The notes: generated from the sequence alone by a model not told the origin. Positions 9,280 to 20,416 are shown, numbered from the stretch's first letter. The stretch is 64,000 bases of DNA from Leptospira sp. (GCA_034439575.1 JAWXAQ010000016.1:288001-352000); one strand, 5' to 3'. Numbers and translations: made by a program.

Positions 9280-10776
9280 CTAAAACTGAAAGTAGAGAAA
9301 ATTCTGACTTTCTGTAACTCCAAATAACAGTAGTAAGTAGATGTTTACAACAATAAATGCAGTAAACTTAAAAGGATTTCCTTGGAATAAGGTTGGGATT
9401 TGTTTTTTAGAAAAAAGGTAAGTGGCAATAAAACAAATTAAAATAAGTATGCCATAACGATAATTTAACCATCTATATACGGGAATTGCTTCATTTCCGA
9501 TAAATAATAATCCTTTCATCATCACCCAAGCTTTTTCCATGGTCTCTGCTCTAAACATGATAAAGCCGAATGATAAACAAAACATGGTAAAAACTCGCGC
9601 GAATATTTCATATAGTCTCCCTCCTTTTTCATTTAAGGTTTTTGAAATGGATGAGTCACTATAATATTTATGTATCAAAAGCATAACTCCTTGCCAGACA
9701 CCCCAGCTAACATAATGATATGCTGCCCCATGCCATAAACCAGCAAATAGCCATGTAATCATAATATTGCGGACATACATAACGGGTGATACACGTGATC
9801 CACCGAGGGGGATGTAAATATAATCTCTGATCCATGTAGAGAAGGAGATATGCCATCTTGACCAATGATCAGCAATGTTACGGCAATACATGGGGAAATT
9901 AAAATTTGGGTTGAATTGGAAACCAAATAATCTAGCTACGCCAATGGCGATATCCGTATAACCTGCAAAGTCAAAATAGATTTGCCAACCAAAGGCTAAT
10001 GCACCTGTCCAAAGTTCAATGGGATTTAATGTTTGGTAGTTTGAGAATGTAGCATCGACTACTTTGGCAAGGTTGTCAGCAAAAACGACCTTCCGTGTGA
10101 GACCGATTAAAATTAAGGCAAAAGCGGATTCTATATTTTCTTTATATACCGCAAGCCTGTGGTCTAGATCACGAAAAAAAGTTTCCGCACGAACTATGGG
10201 ACCTGCAACTAACTGAGGAAAGAAGGCGACATACAAAGAAAAATCCAAAAATGATTTACGAGCTTCAATCTTTCCGAAATAAACATCTATTGTATAACTC
10301 ATAGATTGGAATGTATAGAAGGAAATGCCTACAGGCAGGATGATATTTTGTGCTTCAAATTGAAACTCATTGATGAAGTTTATATCATTAAACAATCCGA
10401 GTAAAAAATTTGTGTATTTAAAAAACCCAAGTGTGCCTAAATTTACGATCAAAGATAATAATAAAAACAGACGTTTCTTAAATAATTGGTTATGTGATTT
10501 TTCTATGATTAAGGCTGAAAAATAATCTACAATAGTAGAAAATATTAATATTCCTATGTACGCATTTATTTTAAAGTCGCAGTACAAAGTATCAATTAAA
10601 AAACCCAGTCCTTCCGTATTTCTAGCATCACATTTGACTGAACTCGGCTGCCAAGCCATATAGAAATAGTAACTTGCCAAAAGGAAGAATAGTTTTTGGA
10701 AACGATTCTTTAAAAGATTGCCTATGATGATGGTTATAGGGAAGAAAATTAAAAATTCTACAGAATTAAATAACAT
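9280..10776 (-). CDS. MBOAT O-acyltransferase (AlgI/DltB family)
   Basis: MLFNS start, LPVGISFYTFQSMSY, FFPQLVAGPIVR, QIYFDFAGYTDIA, RWHISFSTWIRDYIYIPLGG, GLWHGA, FLYFQF end. Confidence 0.92.
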   Translation of the reverse strand: MLFNSVEFLIFFPITIIIGNLLKNRFQKLFFLLASYYFYMAWQPSSVKCDARNTEGLGFLIDTLYCDFKINAYIGILIFSTIVDYFSALIIEKSHNQLFKKRLFLLLSLIVNLGTLGFFKYTNFLLGLFNDINFINEFQFEAQNIILPVGISFYTFQSMSYTIDVYFGKIEARKSFLDFSLYVAFFPQLVAGPIVRAETFFRDLDHRLAVYKENIESAFALILIGLTRKVVFADNLAKVVDATFSNYQTLNPIELWTGALAFGWQIYFDFAGYTDIAIGVARLFGFQFNPNFNFPMYCRNIADHWSRWHISFSTWIRDYIYIPLGGSRVSPVMYVRNIMITWLFAGLWHGAAYHYVSWGVWQGVMLLIHKYYSDSSISKTLNEKGGRLYEIFARVFTMFCLSFGFIMFRAETMEKAWVMMKGLLFIGNEAIPVYRWLNYRYGILILICFIATYLFSKKQIPTLFQGNPFKFTAFIVVNIYLLLLFGVTESQNFLYFQF

Positions 10777-10784
10777 GTTATGAA

Positions 10785-12071
10785 TTACCTATTGTAAATT
10801 TTTTCATCAGCCAGTTTGAGAACAGGACCTTGTATGCCTTCGATATAACCGAATTTCGGCCCAATTGACCTTGGTAAGGTGGAAAAAGTAAAATTAGTTA
10901 GAAAATAAAGCCCACCTATGATAGCATAGGTGGTATGTAGAATTGCTTTTGAAAATGAAGGCAGAGATAAAAACGATAGTGATTTTAAAATATAAAAGTT
11001 TAGAATCCAAAGTGCAATCGTTGTTCCTACCCAAAATTCAAAAAAATATCCTTCCCACCATGTATAAAAACAAAGAGAAGGAATGATCCAAAATAACATG
11101 ATTAGCAACTCCGATTTAAAGGTTCTCCATAATTTTCTAAAATTTAGAAATCCTAAGGACAAGGAAAAAATCCAGAATAGCACATTCAGATTGAATAGTA
11201 CATTATTTTTTGCGAAAAAATTAGCGAAGTCGACTCTAAATTTTGGTGTTACATTTTGAAATATGAGAAAAGCATCACCAATCCCTCTATAAAAATAGAG
11301 AAAATAATTTTTTTCTCCTTCACTCATTCCCCAACGATTGATGGCAGCATATAAGAACATCCAAAAACTAAAATGTTTTTCATCAATAGGCCCAAGACCT
11401 CTCTTTAAAATGATAAAGCCCACAAACAAATAGGAGAGTATCGTCGCAATTCCAAGTAAGGTTAGGTAGGTAAATGTGGTACGCAGTTTGTTGCCAAGAT
11501 TTCTATGAGTGCTTAAAAAAATGGTCATGGGAACAATTCCAAAATGAATCACATTGGATTGATGAAAATAAATAGTAAAAAGCTGTAGGCACCAAAGGAA
11601 CGCTAGGTGCCAATTCGATAATCCTTTCCTTAAGAACAATACGGAAAATAAAAATAAAAGTGCGAGTAAGCAAGAATGAATGAGTGGGGTATCATTATGG
11701 AGACTATAAAACCAAAACGCTTGACTAAATTGAATTAATAGTGCAATTAAAACTGCCAAAACAAAATCATGATAGAGTTTATCCATTAACCAGATAAAGG
11801 TGGCAAGGAAAAACAGAGAAGCCGCAAGTATCCTCAGTCTTAAAAAAAACATTATATCATTCGTTGGGAATATGGACTGAACCATTTTCCAGTAGAGAAG
11901 GCCTGATGATTCAAATCCTAGGTGATGTGGATTAAAAAAGGCCGATTCCACTCTATTTTTTTGAATATTTAAAGCATACACACATGAATCCCAATCAAAG
12001 TTACGCGATAAGTAGCGCAAATGAAAAAGAAATAAAATGAGGATTAGAAAAAATATTAATATTTTTTTCAA
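10785..12071 (-). CDS. Polytopic membrane protein, possible GT-C glycosyltransferase
   Basis: Many TM segments. DWDS acidic motif in the first periplasmic loop, plus PHH and FHQ motifs. Sits in a glycosyltransferase operon. Confidence 0.55.
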   Translation of the reverse strand: MKKILIFFLILILFLFHLRYLSRNFDWDSCVYALNIQKNRVESAFFNPHHLGFESSGLLYWKMVQSIFPTNDIMFFLRLRILAASLFFLATFIWLMDKLYHDFVLAVLIALLIQFSQAFWFYSLHNDTPLIHSCLLALLFLFSVLFLRKGLSNWHLAFLWCLQLFTIYFHQSNVIHFGIVPMTIFLSTHRNLGNKLRTTFTYLTLLGIATILSYLFVGFIILKRGLGPIDEKHFSFWMFLYAAINRWGMSEGEKNYFLYFYRGIGDAFLIFQNVTPKFRVDFANFFAKNNVLFNLNVLFWIFSLSLGFLNFRKLWRTFKSELLIMLFWIIPSLCFYTWWEGYFFEFWVGTTIALWILNFYILKSLSFLSLPSFSKAILHTTYAIIGGLYFLTNFTFSTLPRSIGPKFGYIEGIQGPVLKLADEKIYNR

Positions 12072-12086
12072 AGAAATGATTTCCGA

Positions 12087-12677
12087 TTACCTATTGAGAA
12101 TTTGGTTGAGCAATTTTTTATTTTTACCATAAGGAAAAAAATAAGGGGAATGAGCGAGAATTTGATCTCCTTTTTTCCAAACGATACGGTTTAATCCCAG
12201 AAAATTTAAAAAACCAGAGTGTAACCATTCAATTTGAATATCGTCTTTCGCATTCGTAAATTTTGTCAATTTATCACCTAAGCCATGTCTTTTGATCATC
12301 CAAATTTCGTTTTTAACTAAATACAATTTGGTATTTAATTTTCCAAGGATTGTCGCAATATCCGAAAGGAGTGAAATGGAGATATAAAGAAAAAAGAATA
12401 ATGTTAGGTATTGGTAATATTTGATATGATCTAAAAAAGGAATTTTTAAAACTTTCGTAATTTCTAAAACGCCAACGAACCAATATAAAAAATCAGATAG
12501 ATAATGTATGTTCAATAGAAATAGATAAAAAAATCCTGAAGCACATATTATCAGAACAATTTGTGGAAGTGGGTTCGCTTCTATTTTTTCGTACAAAGAG
12601 GTTCCAAAGTATGAATTTTTTCTTCGGGCAAAATATTCTTTGATTAAAAACATAAGTCTCGTTAGTTTATATTTCAT
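12087..12677 (-). CDS. Hypothetical membrane protein
   Basis: 196 aa with 2-3 hydrophobic segments. Overlaps the GT4 stop by 4 nt. Confidence 0.65.
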   Translation of the reverse strand: MKYKLTRLMFLIKEYFARRKNSYFGTSLYEKIEANPLPQIVLIICASGFFYLFLLNIHYLSDFLYWFVGVLEITKVLKIPFLDHIKYYQYLTLFFFLYISISLLSDIATILGKLNTKLYLVKNEIWMIKRHGLGDKLTKFTNAKDDIQIEWLHSGFLNFLGLNRIVWKKGDQILAHSPYFFPYGKNKKLLNQILNR

Positions 12678-13762
12678 TTTAATAGTTCCTTTTCAAGTAA
12701 TTGTGTTGTTCTATCCCAAGACCAGTTTGTTTCCTTAAATTTCGGAATTCTATTTTTGGTTTTGAACTTAGAAACTTCTTCAAATGCCATTTCCCACTTT
12801 TCTGTATCGAATGGATCAACGTATAAATCATTTTTATCTTCTAAAATTTCTTTAAATACAGGAATGTTAGAGGCGATGCAACGTTTGTTTTCAATCATAG
12901 CCTCAAGTAAGGGGAGTCCGAATCCTTCGTGCAATGATGGGAAGAAAAAAGATTCACATTCATGTATTGCTTGGCCAAGTAAATCATCGCTAGGATTTTC
13001 TATAAACTGAATGGAAAGTTTTTTTGCTGTATCGGAAGTTAAAAATGAAAAAAGTTCCATCCCTTCTTCTCCCCAGCCTTTTCTCCCTAAAATAAGCAAG
13101 CTGTGTTTGTCTTTGGGATTTTTGATTTTAAAATTTTGAAAAGCAGTTGTGAGGCGTTTGATATTTTTTCTTGGCTCCAAAGTTCCGACCGTTAAAAAAA
13201 AGTTAGTTGGTAAAACATTCTTTATTTTTTTGAAATTTCTTTTGACAACACCTGGAAAAATCACGACACATTTATTTTTTGCAAATGGAAAGTTTATCTC
13301 AATATCATGGAAAGTATTTTTGGAAAGACAAAATATACGATCCGCAATTTTCAATGTTCTTGGTGAAAAGAATTTATGTTGGTAATAATTCCACTTTGCC
13401 ATCGTTTCCGGTGCAGAAATAAAATTAAGATCATGATAATTGACAAAAGTAGGGATATTTAATTTAAAAAATGGTAATAGCTGTAAGGTGGCCCAAAATT
13501 TAACTATATTGTCCTTTTTAATTCGACGAGGTAGAAAAAAATGGAGATAGATCGGTCCTGGAATACTTTTATCTTCAATTCGTAAAACTACATTCGAATG
13601 ATTGATTAAATCTTCAAAAATAGGGTGTATCGGTTTATTGCTATAAAAATAGAACTGCACATTTTTATGTTTCGGGATCATCCGTCGGAGTGTTTCCGCT
13701 AGATAACGCGAGTTACCTGTGACGCCGTATGCCAGTGGCCTTACATCAATTCCTAATTTCAT
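12674..13762 (-). CDS. Glycosyltransferase family 4 (MtfB/WbaZ-like)
   Basis: VGTLEPRKN, FFFPSLHEGFGLPLLEAM, ASNIPVFKE. Confidence 0.92.
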   Translation of the reverse strand: MKLGIDVRPLAYGVTGNSRYLAETLRRMIPKHKNVQFYFYSNKPIHPIFEDLINHSNVVLRIEDKSIPGPIYLHFFLPRRIKKDNIVKFWATLQLLPFFKLNIPTFVNYHDLNFISAPETMAKWNYYQHKFFSPRTLKIADRIFCLSKNTFHDIEINFPFAKNKCVVIFPGVVKRNFKKIKNVLPTNFFLTVGTLEPRKNIKRLTTAFQNFKIKNPKDKHSLLILGRKGWGEEGMELFSFLTSDTAKKLSIQFIENPSDDLLGQAIHECESFFFPSLHEGFGLPLLEAMIENKRCIASNIPVFKEILEDKNDLYVDPFDTEKWEMAFEEVSKFKTKNRIPKFKETNWSWDRTTQLLEKELLK

Positions 13763-15035
13763 CTTTTATAAAAATTTCTCTGAGGATAAAGATATAAAGT
13801 GCAATGCTTGTATAAAATAAAATAGAGAACATCAAAAAGACTCCCTCCATCACACCACCAATAATGGATCTATGTGTTAGCAATGGTATCACCAAGATAA
13901 GGATCAAGGATATAGATTCTTTCTTAGTATAATTTTGATTTAAATAGCGAGATATTAGTAAAAATATAGGGAAAATACATATCACAAAACTATGAATCCA
14001 GCTGATGCCACTAAAAATTGCCGAGGCTAAAAATAGTAAGGCGGTCAGTTCCCATTTTTTATCTTTCATCTTCAAAATAAATAAAACCGGAATGCCAAAG
14101 ATTCCTATGATAACCAATTGGATGAATTTGACAACTTCCATGGAAAGGCTAACGAAAGGCATACGGTATAAGGGTTGGTTTACGAAATCTGCACCTGAAA
14201 TAAAATATTTTGCCAATGTGGAAGGCAGACTTTGGTTATTTTTCCAGGAACGTAACAAAGGATTTGTGAGAGCATTGCCAAGGACTTCCTGAAACCAGAC
14301 TTTTGTCATTTCTATCGTATAATGGGGATTATAAACCATTGGCAAAAGATTCCATAGAAACAATCCTATAAAAAACCAAAGGATAGATCTCCATTTTTTT
14401 TCATAAAATAAAACAAAGAGAAAAACAATCGGAGTCACTTTTATCGTTGTCGCAAGGGCGAGTAAAATTCCAGAAATTATTTCATTTTTAACAGTCAGTG
14501 ACAACAATACAAGTAACACGAGTAATAAGCCCACTTGGTTATTTTGGATATGACTTTCTATATAACGAAAGTTAATGACTAGCACCAATGATAATAACCA
14601 TTCTATGTTTTTTATGCGAATGCCAAATTTTTCTGGTCTTGAAAATAAAAATAAAATGCCACATAAAGATAAAAAGTTGATACTGGTATGAATTCCTGAT
14701 GCAGTCTTTTCAGAAAAATAAGTAAGAGGTAAGAGTAAAAAAGAAAACAGAGGAGGGTAAATGTAAGTCGCAGTTTGCGTTTGTAAGGCTGTGAGCAAAC
14801 TTATGTTCTCTGGTAAAAATAATTCTTCCCAAGATTTGACTTTATCTTTTAATTCATAAGCGACATCAAATTTATAAAGATTTTCGCTCGTTTTCCATCG
14901 TTCACTGGCATGGTAATAATCTAAGAAGTCCGATTTTTGGGAGACACGCGAAAGGCTAGCTACTAAAAAGTAACAGAGGAAAAGGATTAGAACGAACCGT
15001 CCTCCTATTTCTGACTTTTGAAATGACTTCCACAT
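13746..15035 (-). CDS. GT87/DUF2029 family polyprenol-phosphate-sugar glycosyltransferase
   Basis: SDFLDYY, YIYPPLF, NNQVGLL, IKVTP, NQSL and SWIH motifs; polytopic. Confidence 0.8.
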   Translation of the reverse strand: MWKSFQKSEIGGRFVLILFLCYFLVASLSRVSQKSDFLDYYHASERWKTSENLYKFDVAYELKDKVKSWEELFLPENISLLTALQTQTATYIYPPLFSFLLLPLTYFSEKTASGIHTSINFLSLCGILFLFSRPEKFGIRIKNIEWLLSLVLVINFRYIESHIQNNQVGLLLVLLVLLSLTVKNEIISGILLALATTIKVTPIVFLFVLFYEKKWRSILWFFIGLFLWNLLPMVYNPHYTIEMTKVWFQEVLGNALTNPLLRSWKNNQSLPSTLAKYFISGADFVNQPLYRMPFVSLSMEVVKFIQLVIIGIFGIPVLFILKMKDKKWELTALLFLASAIFSGISWIHSFVICIFPIFLLISRYLNQNYTKKESISLILILVIPLLTHRSIIGGVMEGVFLMFSILFYTSIALYIFILREIFIKDEIRN

Positions 15036-15090
15036 TGATTTCCTACCAATTTTTGGTTTTTCCCCAATATAGCAAGATTTTCCTGACAGA

Positions 15091-16137
15091 ATGAGCCTAG
15101 ACTTCCTGGATGAGTACGATTTTCCCCTCGATGAGAGTCAAATCGCAAAATATCCAGCAAAAGAGCGAGATGAATCAAAACTATTGGTTCTAAAAAGACA
15201 AAGTTCTACGATTACAAAGCATAAAAATTTTCGTGAAATTACTTCATATCTTAGGTCTGGAGATGTACTAGTTTATAATGAAACTAAAGTCTCTAAACGA
15301 AGGGTCTTTTTGGAAACGAAATCGGGACGTAAGCATGAATCCATTTTTTTGGAATCTCGTGACCCCGAGGGCTTGGAATGGTTGTGTATTTTAAAGAATC
15401 GTAAGAAACTTAAGTTAGGTGAAAGTATCTGGCCAATTGGTGAAACAGAAATATCCTTTTCCTATACCGAAGCCAAAGAAGAACTGTCTCTCCTTCATTC
15501 CTCAAAAAAAATTACGGAAGAAGATTTTGAAAAATGGGGAAAAATTCCTATTCCTCCCTATCTGAAACGGGAGGCCACTGAAGATGATGAAGAAAGATAC
15601 CAAACAATATTTGCAAAAAATCTTGGTTCGGTCGCGGCACCCACGGCAGGTTTGCATTTTACAAATGAATTAAAGGAACAATTGTTAAATATTGGAGTGC
15701 AATTTGTACCTATCAATTTGGAAATTGGTTATGGCACCTTCCAACCGCTAAGTGAGGCCCAAGTCGTCGAAAAAAAATTGCACAAAGAAAAGTATTTTGT
15801 CTCATTAGAAAGTGCTGAACTCCTAACACTTGCCAGGAGGGAAGGTCGACGTATTATTTCCATAGGTACCACAAGCCTTCGTGTATTAGAAACAATCTAT
15901 GAGAATCATTCTCAACTATTTGTGGCAGGGCAAGGTGAAACTGACATATTTGTGTCACCAGGAGATGAGATTCATTCCATCGACGGTTTAGTCACGAATT
16001 TTCATCTGCCGAGAAGTTCTTTGCTCTTACTTGTTAGTACATTTGCGGGTAAAGAATTAATTATGAAATCTTATCATCATGCTTTGGACAATGGCTTCCG
16101 ATTTTACTCATACGGTGACACAATGTTTGTGCTTTGA
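15091..16137 (+). CDS. queA: S-adenosylmethionine:tRNA ribosyltransferase-isomerase
   Basis: IPPYLKR, YQTIFA, GSVAAPTAGLHF, GTTSLRVLE, TNFHLPRSSL, RFYSYGD. Confidence 0.96.
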   Translation: MSLDFLDEYDFPLDESQIAKYPAKERDESKLLVLKRQSSTITKHKNFREITSYLRSGDVLVYNETKVSKRRVFLETKSGRKHESIFLESRDPEGLEWLCILKNRKKLKLGESIWPIGETEISFSYTEAKEELSLLHSSKKITEEDFEKWGKIPIPPYLKREATEDDEERYQTIFAKNLGSVAAPTAGLHFTNELKEQLLNIGVQFVPINLEIGYGTFQPLSEAQVVEKKLHKEKYFVSLESAELLTLARREGRRIISIGTTSLRVLETIYENHSQLFVAGQGETDIFVSPGDEIHSIDGLVTNFHLPRSSLLLLVSTFAGKELIMKSYHHALDNGFRFYSYGDTMFVL

Positions 16138-16198
16138 AAAAGGGATTTACAAAGTAATCAGCATTCACTAAATTCGAAGGACACTAATAATTCATTTC

Positions 16199-17515
16199 AT
16201 GTTTTCCCCTCAATCTTCAGTAATCATTTCCTTACTCTCCGGAGTGGGTTTAGTGGCAGTTGTGTCCTTAGCACCTGTACGCTCAAATGGTTCGGGAGAT
16301 CCTTCGGTTCCGATTCAAAAAGAGAAAAATATCCTTTTTCCTAATATAAATCGCCATCCTAGTGAAGGTTTAGAATCCGATGGCCTGAGCAAAATCGTTA
16401 GAGAGCCTGATCAAACGGAATTCAATTTAAAAGCAGATATGAACGATTCCTTCCGTTCAGAAAACAAAATTTGGGCAGATACGATTTTGCCTTCTCAATC
16501 AGAAGGTAGATTTTCATCGATTCGTTCTCAGTCAGATTGGGATCTCTATGAAAATCAAAATGGAGAACGAAAAATTTATTTCCAAAAAGATGGACTCGTT
16601 ATGCGAGGACTTTCAAATCAAACTTCTCTTAGCTCAAGTTTGAGCCGTCGCGATTTTACGCCAAGCGAGCGCTTTGCGAATAGAAGACTCGACGCCTATG
16701 AAGTTCAGTATGCGATTACACCTAGCATCGGTGCAGTGGTGCAAGGTGGAAACATCGACCAGATTGATGATAGATCTAGATTCCAGAGAAATTTTGCTAT
16801 GGCGGGAGTCTCCATCAAAGGGGGAGACTTTTTTCAAGCAAAAGTGCTCACAGGTGACACGAGCGTCACTACAAACCAATCGTCAAATTTTAATTTCAAT
16901 CCTTTGAACCCAAATCGCCCCAATGATATTTCCAGACGTGAACGTGATGATGTGAAGCAGTTATATGAATGGCAGGCAAATTTCACACCGTCCGATTATT
17001 TTAAATTACAAACATCGCTTTATAACCAAAGAACGGAAAATTCATTGAATATGTCCTCGCCTGACGGTGGTAAGGTCTCCGTATTTGTTGGTGGCAAACA
17101 AGTACAAATGAATCTCCGATACAATTATTTAACAAATCGAAATGCTTCTGGTTTTTCTTCGAATGGACAAACTTTCAACCCTTCACAAGATCTCGCATCC
17201 CTTGGAGTGGTTGTATTTTTGGATCAGTCGCAAAGGTATTCCGTTTATGTGGGTAATAATTTTTACAATGTTCTCAATGACCCAGCGAACCAAATCAAAG
17301 ATGCCAGTGGACGATCTCCTTCCACATTCACTGCCTCCTTTCGTGGTAAAAACCCATCATCTAGCAGGTCTAGTTTTTTCTTAAACTTCCAAAATCAATT
17401 TTATAAGGATGGAGCTGTGATTGGATTGCCTGGTGTGATTCCGATTTCAGGTGCCCAACAGGGAAAATCTTTCTATGAATACGCGACTTCACTTGGTGTA
17501 GATGTCTCATTTTAG
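16199..17515 (+). CDS. Putative outer-membrane beta-barrel protein, hypothetical
   Basis: Hydrophobic N-terminus, amphipathic beta-strand pattern, C-terminal SLGVDVSF. Confidence 0.6.
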   Translation: MFSPQSSVIISLLSGVGLVAVVSLAPVRSNGSGDPSVPIQKEKNILFPNINRHPSEGLESDGLSKIVREPDQTEFNLKADMNDSFRSENKIWADTILPSQSEGRFSSIRSQSDWDLYENQNGERKIYFQKDGLVMRGLSNQTSLSSSLSRRDFTPSERFANRRLDAYEVQYAITPSIGAVVQGGNIDQIDDRSRFQRNFAMAGVSIKGGDFFQAKVLTGDTSVTTNQSSNFNFNPLNPNRPNDISRRERDDVKQLYEWQANFTPSDYFKLQTSLYNQRTENSLNMSSPDGGKVSVFVGGKQVQMNLRYNYLTNRNASGFSSNGQTFNPSQDLASLGVVVFLDQSQRYSVYVGNNFYNVLNDPANQIKDASGRSPSTFTASFRGKNPSSSRSSFFLNFQNQFYKDGAVIGLPGVIPISGAQQGKSFYEYATSLGVDVSF

Positions 17516-17999
17516 AATTTCCCTTCTACTTTTGGTATTTTTATGTTCCTGTTTTTTTAGCGAAGAAAAGGATTCTCCTCCAAAGAAAGTGCAGATTCCT
17601 CCTTTGGAAAAATTGGCCATTTCACTTTCTGAAAAAGGGTTTTTGGTCAACAAACAAAGATTGATCGTGCTTACCTTTACCTCCACCGAGGGCACGGCAA
17701 ATGTCTACGGCAATATATTATCCGAAAAACTGACTACAGAACTGGTTAAAAAAGATCGTTTTTCCGTTTTGGATCGGATGGTAAATGAAAAGACCCTTCG
17801 CGAAAAATCACTGAGCCTTGAGTCTTCTTTGGACATTGCCACCTTGCGAAAAATAGGCGAAGTATTAAATTTAGACGTCATAGTCACGGGAATCATTAGC
17901 CCTTATCAAAATGGAGTTTTTGTAAATACCCGCTTAATTGATATAAAAACAGGATTAATTCTCAAAGCTGAAGAGGTCTATGTCCTAATCGACGGCTAA
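17502..17999 (+). CDS. FlgO/CsgG-like lipoprotein
   Basis: Lipobox FLCSC, RFSVLDR, KIGEVLNLDVIVTG, VNTRLIDIKTG. Confidence 0.75.
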   Translation: MSHFRISLLLLVFLCSCFFSEEKDSPPKKVQIPPLEKLAISLSEKGFLVNKQRLIVLTFTSTEGTANVYGNILSEKLTTELVKKDRFSVLDRMVNEKTLREKSLSLESSLDIATLRKIGEVLNLDVIVTGIISPYQNGVFVNTRLIDIKTGLILKAEEVYVLIDG

Positions 18000-18089
18000 T
18001 CTTTCAATTTCTCTAATTTTACTCATGTAGGATTCAATTTTGGATTGATTCTGACTTTTACAAACTCATAAATGTATCAAGAGGACACG

Positions 18090-20345
18090 ATGGCATTTGA
18101 TATAGAAATGATTCAGGCTCGCTACAAGAAAATGGAAGCGGCGATTGCTGCGGCAAGAAAGGTAGTTGGACGACCCCTTACACTTACGGAAAAAATTCTT
18201 TACTCCCACCTTTGGGACGGAAACGCAAAACAAGCGTTTGATCGAGGTAAAGACTATGTAGATTTCGCACCTGACAGAGTTGCGATGCAAGATGCTACAG
18301 CCCAAATGGCTTTATTACAATTTATGCAAGCTGGTCGCAAAAAAGTTGCCGTTCCTTCAACGGTTCATTGTGACCATTTAATTACTGCTAAGGTGGAGTC
18401 AGGGAAAGACCTCGGTGTGGCCCTTGACGAAAACAAAGAAGTGTATGACTTCCTATCTTCTGTTTCTACAAAGTACGGCATAGGTTTTTGGAAACCTGGT
18501 GCTGGTATCATTCACCAAGTTGTTTTAGAAAACTATGCATTTCCTGGCGGGATGATGATCGGAACAGATTCTCATACGGTCAATGCTGGCGGACTTGGAA
18601 TGATTGCTATTGGTGTTGGTGGAGCTGACGCTTGTGATGTGATGGCTGGGCTTGCTTGGGAATTAAAATGGCCAAAAGCAATTGGTATCAAACTCACAGG
18701 TAAGTTAAATGGCTGGACTGCTGCTAAAGATGTGATCCTTAAAGTAGCTGGTATCCTTACTGTAAAAGGTGGAACAGGTGCTATTGTTGAATACTTTGGA
18801 CCAGGTGCAGAATCCCTATCTTGCACTGGCAAAGGAACCATTTGCAATATGGGTGCCGAAATTGGTGCGACAACATCTACCTTTGCTTATGATGCATCCA
18901 TGGAAAGATACCTTCGTTCCACTAACAGAGCTGATGTGGCAGACCTTGCCAATCAGTACAAAGAATATCTGACTGCAGACAAAGAAGTATACGCGGACCC
19001 ACAAAAATACTTTGATGAAGTCATCGAAATAAATCTTGATACACTTGAGCCATACGTTAACGGCCCTTTTACGCCAGACCTTGCAACTCCAATTTCAAAA
19101 TTGAAAGAAGAAGCGATCAAAAATGGCTGGCCTATGAAAGTGGAAGTTGGCCTTATCGGTTCTTGCACAAATTCTTCTTATGAAGATATCTCACGTGCGG
19201 CTTCCCTCGCCAAACAAGTAGCAGATAAAGGTTTAAAGACAAAGGCTGAATTTACGATCACTCCTGGCTCTGAACTAGTGCGTTATACGATCCAACGCGA
19301 TGGATTTATCGATACCTTCTATAAAATCGGTGCTAAGGTATTTTCCAATGCTTGTGGTCCTTGCATTGGGATGTGGTCACGGGTGGGTGCGGATAAAAAG
19401 GAAAAAAACACAATTGTTCATTCCTTTAATCGTAACTTCCAAGCGCGCCAAGACGGTAACCCAAACACATATGCATTTGTAGCTTCACCAGAACTCACAA
19501 CAGCTCTTGCGATTGCAGGAGATTTGGGCTTTAATCCGCTCACAGACTCACTTATCAATGAAAAGGGAGAGAGTGTGAAACTGGATCCACCTTCAGGGGA
19601 AGAGTTACCGAAAAAAGGATTTGCTGTGGAAGATGCAGGTTACCTTGCACCAGCGGCCGATGGTTCGGGTGTGCAAGTGATCGTTGATCCAAAATCAACT
19701 AGATTACAGCTTCTTGCTCCATTCCAAAAATGGGAAGGTTCAGATCTTAAAGGTTTGAAATTACTAATCAAAGCAAAGGGAAAGTGTACTACGGATCATA
19801 TTTCTATGGCAGGGCCTTGGTTGAAGTTTAGAGGTCATTTGGACAATATTTCCAATAACCTTTTGATTGGTGCCACAAACTTTGCCAATGGAAAACAAAA
19901 CGAAGTCAAAAACCAGCTAACAGGAAACTACGAACCAGTCCCACAAACCCAACGTGCCTATAAGGCGGCAGGAATTGGGTCCATTGTAGTGGGTGATGAA
20001 AATTATGGGGAAGGATCTTCTAGAGAACATGCCGCTATGGAACCAAGACATCTTGGTGTTCGTGCCGTTCTTGTGAAATCTTTCGCTCGTATTCACGAAA
20101 CAAACCTCAAAAAGCAAGGGATGTTGGCTTTGACATTTGCCAATAAAGAAGATTATGATAAAATCCAAGAAGATGATGTGATAGATATCATTGGACTGAC
20201 TTCTTTCGCAGAAGGTAAGCCTCTCACATTAGTTTTGAATCATAAAGATGGTAAAAAGGATGAAATCACTGTTAACCATACTTACAATGCACAGCAGATA
20301 GATTGGTTCAAAGCGGGGGCCGCATTGAACCTTATGAAAGCTTAA
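18090..20345 (+). CDS. acnA: Aconitate hydratase (mitochondrial-type)
   Basis: [59 protein letters not shown]-like GAGGA precedes ATG 18090. Confidence 0.95.
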   Translation: MAFDIEMIQARYKKMEAAIAAARKVVGRPLTLTEKILYSHLWDGNAKQAFDRGKDYVDFAPDRVAMQDATAQMALLQFMQAGRKKVAVPSTVHCDHLITAKVESGKDLGVALDENKEVYDFLSSVSTKYGIGFWKPGAGIIHQVVLENYAFPGGMMIGTDSHTVNAGGLGMIAIGVGGADACDVMAGLAWELKWPKAIGIKLTGKLNGWTAAKDVILKVAGILTVKGGTGAIVEYFGPGAESLSCTGKGTICNMGAEIGATTSTFAYDASMERYLRSTNRADVADLANQYKEYLTADKEVYADPQKYFDEVIEINLDTLEPYVNGPFTPDLATPISKLKEEAIKNGWPMKVEVGLIGSCTNSSYEDISRAASLAKQVADKGLKTKAEFTITPGSELVRYTIQRDGFIDTFYKIGAKVFSNACGPCIGMWSRVGADKKEKNTIVHSFNRNFQARQDGNPNTYAFVASPELTTALAIAGDLGFNPLTDSLINEKGESVKLDPPSGEELPKKGFAVEDAGYLAPAADGSGVQVIVDPKSTRLQLLAPFQKWEGSDLKGLKLLIKAKGKCTTDHISMAGPWLKFRGHLDNISNNLLIGATNFANGKQNEVKNQLTGNYEPVPQTQRAYKAAGIGSIVVGDENYGEGSSREHAAMEPRHLGVRAVLVKSFARIHETNLKKQGMLALTFANKEDYDKIQEDDVIDIIGLTSFAEGKPLTLVLNHKDGKKDEITVNHTYNAQQIDWFKAGAALNLMKA

Positions 20346-20366
20346 AAAAACTCCAATTTCGACAAA

Positions 20367-20407
20367 CACTGGCTAGCTGAAACTCAAAGGCTAACCAGTG
20401 CTTTTTT
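20367..20407 (+). terminator. Rho-independent terminator after aconitase
   Basis: CACTGGCTAG...CTAACCAGTG stem (one mismatch) followed by CTTTTTT. Confidence 0.7.
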
Positions 20408-20416
20408 ATAAAACCT

